From an uncultured virus (IMG/VR IMGVR_UViG_2687453388_000001) (lineage: Duplodnaviria; Heunggongvirae; Uroviricota; Caudoviricetes): a stretch of 64,000 nt of DNA. Shown here one piece after another: positions 57,090-64,000 of the stretch. The notes under the pieces were generated by a model. It was not told the DNA's origin, did not search any database, and was given only the letters and a program-made list of their open reading frames with translations. How positions within the stretch are numbered: position 1 is the stretch's first letter; each line of letters opens with the position of its first letter. The position numbers and the translations under genes are program-made. The stretch is taken from the IMG/VR virus record IMGVR_UViG_2687453388_000001, one strand, 5' to 3'.

Positions 57090-57780
57090 ATTTTGGAATT
57101 TTACAGACGAAGGTGGCGTCCGTACCCTTAGGATTGAAGGACAGATTGCGGACGAGACTTGGTTTGGGGATGAAGTCACCCCACAGCAATTTAAGAACGA
57201 CTTGATTTCTGGAACAGGCGATATCACCCTATGGATCAATAGTCCAGGGGGTGATGTTTTTGCGGCCGCTCAAATCTATAACATGCTTATGGATTATCAG
57301 GGAGATGTCCATGTCATCATTGATGGTCTAGCTGCGAGTGCTGCCAGTGTCATTGCCATGGCAGGGACAACAGTTTCCATGAGTCCAGTTGCCATGATGA
57401 TGATTCATAATCCTTGGACGTTCGCGCAAGGTGAAGCGAAAGATATGGCCAAGGTCATTGAGATGCTTGGCGAAATTAAGGAGTCCATTATCAATGCCTA
57501 TGAGCTTAGAACTGGACTTTCCAGAACCAAGATTTCTCATCTTATGGATTCGGAATCTTGGTTCAATGCCAAGAAAGCTGTGGAGCTTGGTTTTGCGGAT
57601 AAGGTGCTCTTTGAGAAAGAGGAGACACCTGAGCAGGATGATCAAAATAGCTACACCTTTAGTAGAGTGACTGCTGCTCATGATTTGGTGGTGAAACTGC
57701 AAGCGAGCCTTCAACCACCCAAACCACAGAAATCAATCCCCATCAATCAGTTGGAAAAACGATTGAACCTATTGAAATAA
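57082..57780 (+). CDS. ClpP-like head maturation protease
   Basis: INSPGGDV, AASAAS, MIHNP. Confidence 0.92.
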   Translation: MRKFWNFTDEGGVRTLRIEGQIADETWFGDEVTPQQFKNDLISGTGDITLWINSPGGDVFAAAQIYNMLMDYQGDVHVIIDGLAASAASVIAMAGTTVSMSPVAMMMIHNPWTFAQGEAKDMAKVIEMLGEIKESIINAYELRTGLSRTKISHLMDSESWFNAKKAVELGFADKVLFEKEETPEQDDQNSYTFSRVTAAHDLVVKLQASLQPPKPQKSIPINQLEKRLNLLK

Positions 57781-57793
57781 AAGGAGAATACCT

Positions 57794-59002
57794 ATGTCTA
57801 AACTACTTGAATTGAAAGAAAAACGTAACGCTGCTTGGGCTCAAGCGAAAGCCTTTCTGGATACTGTTCGCTCTGAAGACGGCTTGGTATCAGATGAAGA
57901 TTCCAAACGCTATGAAGAGATGGAAGCAAAAATCGAGCTCTACAATAAAGAAATTGCTCGCTTGGAGCGCCAAGAAAAGATTGACCTTGAACTAGCGCAA
58001 CCGAACTCACATGCTCTAACGACGCAGCCAACAGTCATTGTCGATAACCAAAAAGAAGATGAAAAGAAAGGTGTGGCATCAGGCATCTACACCCAAACTT
58101 TCTGGACCAGTATCCGTAAGCGACACTTCTATGACGTGAAGGATGTTCTTCGTGTCGGTGAAGATACAGAAGGCGGACATCTTGTCCCTGATGAGTACGA
58201 AAAGAAATTGGTTCAAGGTCTTCAGGAAGAAAACTTTTTCCGTAGTCTCGCGACTGTTATTAAAACCTCTAGTGGTGAGCGTAAAATTCCAGTTGTAACT
58301 GGTCACGGTTCAGCCTCTTGGATGGACGAGAATGGACTCTATCCAGAGACGGATGAGACTTTTGGTCAAGTGACGCTTGATTCGCATAAGATTGGGACAG
58401 CAATCCGTATCTCTGAAGAATTGCTCAATGACTCTGTCTTTGACCTTGAGTCTTATATGACTTCTGAGTTCGCACGTCGTATTGGTACAGAAGAAGAAAA
58501 ATCTTTCTTGGTAGGTGATGGTTCTAAAAAACCAACTGGTATCTTTACGCAAGCAGACGTAGAAGGACCAACGACCACAACCAAAGACATCACCTTTGAT
58601 GACATGATTGAGCTTTATCACTCACTTCCAGCTCCTTACCGTAAGAATGCGGTCTGGATTTTACATGACACTACGGTAAAAGCTATCCGCAAGCTTAAGG
58701 ACAATAATGGCAATTACATCTGGCAACCGTCTACACAGGCAGGTCAACCTGATTTGATTCTAAACCGTCCTTACTACACGTCAACCTTTGCGCCACTTCC
58801 AGAAGCAGGAAACAAAGCTATTGCTTTTGGTGATTTCTCTTACTACTGGATTGCGGACCGTCAAGGGCGTACCTTCAAACGTCTCAATGAGCTTTACGCT
58901 AACAATGGTCAGATTGGTTTTCTTGCCAGCCAGCGTGTGGATGGGAAACTCGTTCTACCAGAAGCGGTGAAGACTTTGACCATCAAAGGTAAAACGGCAT
59001 GA
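57794..59002 (+). CDS. HK97-family major capsid protein
   Basis: Coiled-coil delta domain, GGHLVP, ISEELLNDS, GDGSKKPTG, FGDFS. Confidence 0.95.
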   Translation: MSKLLELKEKRNAAWAQAKAFLDTVRSEDGLVSDEDSKRYEEMEAKIELYNKEIARLERQEKIDLELAQPNSHALTTQPTVIVDNQKEDEKKGVASGIYTQTFWTSIRKRHFYDVKDVLRVGEDTEGGHLVPDEYEKKLVQGLQEENFFRSLATVIKTSSGERKIPVVTGHGSASWMDENGLYPETDETFGQVTLDSHKIGTAIRISEELLNDSVFDLESYMTSEFARRIGTEEEKSFLVGDGSKKPTGIFTQADVEGPTTTTKDITFDDMIELYHSLPAPYRKNAVWILHDTTVKAIRKLKDNNGNYIWQPSTQAGQPDLILNRPYYTSTFAPLPEAGNKAIAFGDFSYYWIADRQGRTFKRLNELYANNGQIGFLASQRVDGKLVLPEAVKTLTIKGKTA

Positions 59003-59256
59003 TGACGTTAGAAGAAGTCAAGCTTTATCTGAAGGTGGAAAATGACGAGGAGGATTTTCTTATCCAGCAGTTAATGGCAACTAGCCAACAGCTCTGTGGA
59101 GATATTCTTCGTGAGGACTCCACTTCAGAAGTTCTAAAGACGGCAATCCTCTATGGGGTTGCCTATCTTTATGAACACCGTGAAGAAGCCAATCACAAAG
59201 AGTTAAAGGAAACTCTCTACCATTTGCTTTTAGCTGACAGGAAGGATGTGTTCTGA
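58999..59256 (+). CDS. Head-tail connector (gp6-like)
   Basis: TLEEVKLYLKV, YLYEHRE. Confidence 0.85.
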   Translation: MMTLEEVKLYLKVENDEEDFLIQQLMATSQQLCGDILREDSTSEVLKTAILYGVAYLYEHREEANHKELKETLYHLLLADRKDVF

Positions 59257-59594
59257 TGAAGATTGCGCCTCTAAGAGAACAGCTGGTCTTTCAAGAAAAG
59301 CGACTCAAGCAGGACGATATCGGGAACGAGTCAGCCATTTGGGATGACCTTTTTATGCGTTGGTGTTCTTGTCGTCCTCTTGCTTTAACAGAGAGTGATG
59401 GGAGTGCTACCAAGCTCATTCACAACAAGGTACAGTTTACGCTTCGATATGACAAGAAGGTTCTTGCCCTTAATTCTTTAACGACTCGGATTTACTTCCG
59501 TGACCAGTTTTACGCTATCGAGTCCATTGATGGTGATACTGTGGCCCGAAGCTTGATTTACATCGTTGCGACTAAGGAGGAGCTTTATGACTAA
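59256..59594 (+). CDS. Head closure/adaptor protein
   Basis: DDIGN, FTLRY, YAIESI; gene order. Confidence 0.75.
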   Translation: MKIAPLREQLVFQEKRLKQDDIGNESAIWDDLFMRWCSCRPLALTESDGSATKLIHNKVQFTLRYDKKVLALNSLTTRIYFRDQFYAIESIDGDTVARSLIYIVATKEELYD

Positions 59595-59955
59595 GATTGG
59601 ACTTGATGATTTAACTTCTGTCATCGAAAAGGAGCTAACGACTTATGCCAAAGAGACCATAGAGACCATGCGTGAGGTGGTTGAGGAAGTGACAGACGAT
59701 GCCGTTGATACCTTAACCGTTACTTCCCCAAAACGTCGTGGGAAGTATGCCAAGGGCTGGAAAAGCAAGGCAACCACTGACACCAATACCGCTCTGACGA
59801 AAACCATTCACAACCGAACACCAGGACTGACGCACCTCCTTGAATATGGGCATGCTAAACAAAATGGTGGTCGGGTTGAAGGGCGAAAGCACATCGCTCC
59901 TGTCGAGAAAAAGGCGATTCAGTCGTTTGAAGACAAATTGCGACAGAAACTGTGA
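59587..59955 (+). CDS. HK97 gp10-like neck protein
   Basis: SPKRRGKYAKGW, HLLEYGH. Confidence 0.8.
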   Translation: MTKIGLDDLTSVIEKELTTYAKETIETMREVVEEVTDDAVDTLTVTSPKRRGKYAKGWKSKATTDTNTALTKTIHNRTPGLTHLLEYGHAKQNGGRVEGRKHIAPVEKKAIQSFEDKLRQKL

Positions 59956-59963
59956 GGTGGCTT

Positions 59964-60290
59964 ATGAGATTTGAAGAGCTTTTTCCTGTTCTAAAAAAGA
60001 CCAAACTCCCAGTAGCCTATCACCATTTTGAGGAAGGGCACAGTCCAAGTCCGCCTTTTATGGTTTATCTGGTTACGGATTCAGACAATCTTGGGGCAGA
60101 CAACTGGGCTTATCACAAAGCTATCAACGTACAGATTGAGCTTTACACGACTAAGAAAGATTTAGCAACAGAAAAAACGGTGGAATCAGTCCTTGATGCC
60201 CACCGTCTTTATTTTGACAAGGTAGAGACTTACATCACTAGTGAGAAACTCTACCAAACCATTTATTCCATCACACTATTAGGAGGATAA
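59964..60290 (+). CDS. Tail completion protein
   Basis: AYHHF..PPF, ELYT.KD; gene order. Confidence 0.7.
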   Translation: MRFEELFPVLKKTKLPVAYHHFEEGHSPSPPFMVYLVTDSDNLGADNWAYHKAINVQIELYTTKKDLATEKTVESVLDAHRLYFDKVETYITSEKLYQTIYSITLLGG

Positions 60291-60292
60291 CC

Positions 60293-60862
60293 ATGGCAGA
60301 AAAAAACAAGGTCACCTTTGGCCTACAAGATGTCCACTGGGCAGAAGTCACCAGTGAGGGAGCTGACGGGGCTTTGACTTATGGCACTGTCGAGCGACTT
60401 CGTGGTGCTGCAGAACTAACCCTTGAACCCACTGGAGACAAGGGGTCTTACAAGGCAGACAACATCAACTTTTACACGACTGAATCTAATGACGGCTATG
60501 AGGGAACACTGAAAGTTGCCCTCTTATCACAGGAGTTTCTGACTCGTGTTCTAGGTGAGAAATTGGATGCGACCACCAATACCATTTCAGAGATTGCCAG
60601 TAGCAAGAAAAAGAACTTCGCTCTCATGTTCCGATTTGAAGGGGACAAAAAAGAGACGCTTCATGTGCTTTATTACTGTTATGCGTCTCGCCCAACTGTT
60701 GGCTCAAAAACCAAGTCTGGGTCTGATATCAATGAGGTAGAGTTGACCTTTACGGCAAGCCCACGACCACTTGATAAGGTGGTGAGACGCAGAACAACGG
60801 AAGAAACCAGTGATGAGATTCGTGAGAACTGGTTTAAGTCGGTCTTTGAACCAGCTGCTTAA
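60293..60862 (+). CDS. Major tail protein (phi13-like)
   Basis: KVTFGL, YKADN, NDGYEG, FALMF. Confidence 0.88.
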   Translation: MAEKNKVTFGLQDVHWAEVTSEGADGALTYGTVERLRGAAELTLEPTGDKGSYKADNINFYTTESNDGYEGTLKVALLSQEFLTRVLGEKLDATTNTISEIASSKKKNFALMFRFEGDKKETLHVLYYCYASRPTVGSKTKSGSDINEVELTFTASPRPLDKVVRRRTTEETSDEIRENWFKSVFEPAA

Positions 60863-60873
60863 AGGAGGAGAAC

Positions 60874-61293
60874 ATGCGACAAAATATCACGATTAGTGGA
60901 AAAACATATCCCCTGGCCACTAACGCCTATACACCGATTGCTTATAAAGAGCAATTCGGAAAAGATTATTTCCAAGACCTCTTTAACATGTTGAGTGCGG
61001 AATCCATCATGGCTCAGCTTGAGCAATTGGAAGAAGGGGAAGAGTTAAAGGCTAGTCAGATTGACTTGTCTATTTTATCTGACTTCGACATGACCTTTTT
61101 CCACCGTCTCTTTTGGGTCTTTGCCAAGTCAGCCAATCCTCGAATCAAGCCCTTCGAGGATTTCTTTATGTCGATGGAGGAATTCCCTCTTCAGGAAGTT
61201 GGCCCCGTCTTAATGTCCATGCTTAACCAAGGGATGACAACCAGAAAAAAGCAGAAACTTCCGAAACAGCGAGCGAGGAAGTCTTCACGGTAG
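60874..61293 (+). CDS. Tail assembly chaperone (gpG-like)
   Basis: Between major tail and tape measure genes; slippery heptamer near the 3' end. Confidence 0.8.
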   Translation: MRQNITISGKTYPLATNAYTPIAYKEQFGKDYFQDLFNMLSAESIMAQLEQLEEGEELKASQIDLSILSDFDMTFFHRLFWVFAKSANPRIKPFEDFFMSMEEFPLQEVGPVLMSMLNQGMTTRKKQKLPKQRARKSSR

Positions 61294-61457
61294 AAAGCTA
61301 CCTCTCTTGTTGTAAGGAGACTGGCCTTTCCATTGACGATTTAAAGCATATCACAATTGGCATGGCACTTGACTATCAGACGGATTATGTGGAGCTAAGA
61401 AGTCGAGATGAGACTGGAGTTCGCAGAGCAACCCAAGCAGACCTTGACAATTTTTGA
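61245..61457 (+). CDS. -1 frameshift extension of the tail chaperone (gpGT-like)
   Basis: A-AAA-AAG at 61245-61251; the -1 frame is open to RRATQADLDNF*. Confidence 0.75.
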   Translation, partial: KKAETSETASEEVFTVESYLSCCKETGLSIDDLKHITIGMALDYQTDYVELRSRDETGVRRATQADLDNF

Positions 61458-61471
61458 TAGGAACTGAACAC

Positions 61472-61558
61472 GGGCTAAAAGCTGTGTAAAAAAGAGAGAT
61501 GGACTTTAGTGCAAGCACCATTCTTCCATCTCCTATTTTTACTTTGCTTTTGACGCCC
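61472..61558. repeat. Long imperfect hairpin resembling a streptococcal small interspersed repeat
   Basis: Nested pairings GGGC/GCCC, AAAAGC/GCTTTT, GTAAAAA/TTTTTAC and GAGATGGA/TCCATCTC. Confidence 0.5.
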
Positions 61559-61587
61559 TTAGTATCTTGATGGAGGGAGGTGTGACG

Positions 61588-64000
61588 ATGGCAGGAAACA
61601 TTAAGGGGATTACCATTGAGATTGGTGGCGATACCCAGCCCTTACAAACTGCCTTAAAGGGTTTGAATAAACAGGCTTCTGAAGCCACCAAAGAACTGCG
61701 TCAGATTGACAAGGCACTCAAGTTTGACACTGGCAATGTCACTCTTTTGACCCAGAAGCAGGAAGTCTTAGCCAAACAAGTTGAGACGACTAAAGAGAAA
61801 CTCGCCACGCTTCGTCAAGCTCAAGCCCAAGTCGAGGCTCAGTTCAAGGCCGGTAACATCGGTGCAGACCAATACCGTGCCTTCCAACGTGAGGTGGAGA
61901 GTACTCAAACAGTCTTAAAGGGCTATGAATCAAAGCTAGAAAGTGTTAACAGAGCTCTCTCAGAAAACGGAGCGCAGGTTGAAACCAATCAGTCCAAACT
62001 TAATCGTCTCCAAAATGAGCAGGCACAGTTGGTGTCAGAAAGTGAAAAACTCCAAAGTTCCTTTAAGCTACAAGAATCAGCATTAGCAACTACCGCAAGT
62101 GAGGCCGATAAGTTAGCACTTGCTCAACAAAAGGTTGCTTCTCATTCAGAAATCCTTGAGAAACAGATACATAATCTGGAACAACAGCTCTCTTTGACGA
62201 AGAGTGAATATGGGGAGAATTCAGTTGAAGCTAACAAGCTTGAGAAAACACTTAATGAGACCAAGACAGCTTACAACAATCTCCAAAATGAGATGGAGGA
62301 GTTGGCATCTAGCTCTGCGAGTTCCAAAGCTTCTTTGGAAGAAACAAATAGTCTCTTAAAGGCTGATCTTCTCATGGAGTTTGGTGACCAACTGGGAGAG
62401 TTGTCGCAGAAGTTGATTGACTTCGGTCAACAATCGCTTGACGCATTTCTTGAAGTTGATGAGGGCATGGATATCATTGTCACGAAAACTGGGGCAACTG
62501 GTTCTGCCCTTGAAGAGATGACAGACATCGCCAAAACCCTAGCCACTGAACTGCCAACAGATTTTAATACGGCAGGAAGTGCCGTAGGGGAGTTAAATAC
62601 GCAATTTGGGTTAACAGGAGATGCCCTTAAATCAGCCTCTACCCAGTTAATTCAATTCTCAGAGATCAATGGGAGTGATGTGACGAGTTCAGCCATTTCA
62701 GCCAAACAAGCGATTGAGGCCTATGGACTTGAAGCGACTGATTTATCAAGTGTCTTAGACACGGTTACTTATACCAGTCAGTCAACTGGTGTCGGTGTCC
62801 AAGAGTTGATGGACAAGGCAGTAGCTGGAGCACCACAAATTAAAGCCCTTGGCCTTTCTTTTGATGAGGGCGTCACCTTGATGGGGCAGTTTGAAAAAGC
62901 AGGGATTGATTCTTCTGCAGCACTTTCGTCACTCTCAAAGGCAGCTGTTAAGTATGCGGGTGATGGGTTAACGCTTCAAGAAGGACTTGCTGGAACCATT
63001 GAACAAATTAAAACCTCAACGAGTGAAACAGAGGCTCTTTCTCTAGCCTCAGAAATCTTTGGTAGTAAAGCAGCTCCACGTATGGTTGATGCCATCAAGC
63101 GTGGGGCTTTATCTTTTGAAGATTTAGCAGGAACAGCTGATAAAGCAGCTGGGATTGTCACTCAGACCTATGAGGGGACGCTTGATCCTATTGATCAGTT
63201 TACAACTGCTCAAAACACGGCGAAGTTAGCGATGGCTGAAATGGGAGACGCTATTGCTGCAACCCTAGCTCCTATCTTGGAAATATTAGCGAGTTTACTT
63301 CAAGCTGTTGCCACATGGTTCTCTGGTCTTTCAGAGCCAGTCAAGCAGTTTATTGTCATTGTCGGAAGTTTGGTTGCAGCCCTTGGCTTAGTCCTCCCGA
63401 TTTTCATTGCCCTGCAAGCAGCTGCTATGGCAATGGGAACTACCATCATGGGGATGATAACTGCAGCAGCTCCAATTGTAGGGATTATTCTTGGTGTTAT
63501 TGCCGTTGTTGCCTTACTGGTTGTTGGGATTCAACAACTCTGGCAACATCACGAAGGGTTTAGAACAGCTGTGACAGAAATCTGGAACGCCATCTATGCC
63601 TTTTTATCTGTCATTATCCAACAGATATCAAGCTTTGTCATGTCGATATGGGGAACCTTGACTACTTGGTGGACAGAGAACCAACAGCTAATTCTTAATG
63701 CCGCAAACACTGTGTGGACAGCTATTTCAACAGTCATTCAAACCATCATGACCATTCTTGGACCTTACCTTCAAGCCAGTTGGGAGAATATCAAACTGAT
63801 TATCACGACAGCTTGGGACATCATTAAAGTGGTCGTTGAAACAGCTATCAATGTTGTCTTAGGTATTATCAAGGCAGTTATGCAGATTATCACGGGTGAT
63901 TGGTCAGGTGCCTGGGAAACCATCAAGCAGGTCGTCTCTACAGTTTGGGAAGCCATCAAGTCACTGATTTCGATTGTTCTAAGTGCCATTGCTCAGTTCA
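61588..64000 (+). CDS. Tail tape measure protein (runs off the window; absent from the ORF track)
   Basis: RBS GGAGG; MAGNIKGITIEIGGDT start; coiled-coil region followed by Trp-periodic repeats. Confidence 0.9.
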   Translation, partial: MAGNIKGITIEIGGDTQPLQTALKGLNKQASEATKELRQIDKALKFDTGNVTLLTQKQEVLAKQVETTKEKLATLRQAQAQVEAQFKAGNIGADQYRAFQREVESTQTVLKGYESKLESVNRALSENGAQVETNQSKLNRLQNEQAQLVSESEKLQSSFKLQESALATTASEADKLALAQQKVASHSEILEKQIHNLEQQLSLTKSEYGENSVEANKLEKTLNETKTAYNNLQNEMEELASSSASSKASLEETNSLLKADLLMEFGDQLGELSQKLIDFGQQSLDAFLEVDEGMDIIVTKTGATGSALEEMTDIAKTLATELPTDFNTAGSAVGELNTQFGLTGDALKSASTQLIQFSEINGSDVTSSAISAKQAIEAYGLEATDLSSVLDTVTYTSQSTGVGVQELMDKAVAGAPQIKALGLSFDEGVTLMGQFEKAGIDSSAALSSLSKAAVKYAGDGLTLQEGLAGTIEQIKTSTSETEALSLASEIFGSKAAPRMVDAIKRGALSFEDLAGTADKAAGIVTQTYEGTLDPIDQFTTAQNTAKLAMAEMGDAIAATLAPILEILASLLQAVATWFSGLSEPVKQFIVIVGSLVAALGLVLPIFIALQAAAMAMGTTIMGMITAAAPIVGIILGVIAVVALLVVGIQQLWQHHEGFRTAVTEIWNAIYAFLSVIIQQISSFVMSIWGTLTTWWTENQQLILNAANTVWTAISTVIQTIMTILGPYLQASWENIKLIITTAWDIIKVVVETAINVVLGIIKAVMQIITGDWSGAWETIKQVVSTVWEAIKSLISIVLSAIAQF

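Larger units (their letters stand above)
34500..64000. mobile_element. Prophage core, siphovirus resembling the phi-m46.1/phi10394.4/lambdaSa04 group; continues beyond the window and may extend left to ~7326
   Basis: Replication, modification, packaging, head and tail modules in the order known for this group. Confidence 0.9.

Noticed and set aside
1..64000. Retron, DGR or group II intron
   Set aside because: No reverse transcriptase motifs seen in any ORF, and no TR/VR-type repeat pair noticed; tail-fibre genes lie outside the window
1..64000. tRNA or rRNA genes
   Set aside because: No cloverleaf or rRNA-like sequence recognised by eye

Overview
The window is almost entirely mobile DNA from a low-GC Firmicute, most likely a Streptococcus; S. 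agalactiae is an inference from the alpha/Rib-like adhesin and gene context. Four blocks are visible. (1) 1-~7358: the right part of a very AT-rich integrative element. It carries a tyrosine-recombinase-fold protein, a rolling-circle Rep-like protein, a tandem-OB SSB-like protein and a large serine recombinase whose last residues look like the 3' end of rumA. No canonical relaxase is present in the visible part. (2) 8416-26448: an apparently canonical ~18.0-kb Tn916 with tet(M). (3) 26.5-34.3 kb: cargo comprising an IS256-type MITE, a TetR regulator, a large YSIRK/LPxTG Rib-repeat adhesin and a frameshifted M20 amidohydrolase. (4) 34.5 kb to the window end: a siphophage-type prophage resembling the phi-m46.1/phi10394.4/lambdaSa04 group. 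It encodes a peptidase-HTH regulator, a sigma-like factor, a PolA replication module, primase-helicase, MetK plus two DNA methyltransferases, Phd/Doc, and HK97-like head and tail genes; the portal gene is frameshifted. The most novel-looking signals are the mobilisation module of the left element, with its hairpins and repeated promoter-proximal motif, and a phage regulatory cascade with three identically spaced GYGGAAAA-N14-TACTTAGTA promoter-like motifs. All family calls come from motif recognition by eye; no database searches were run.
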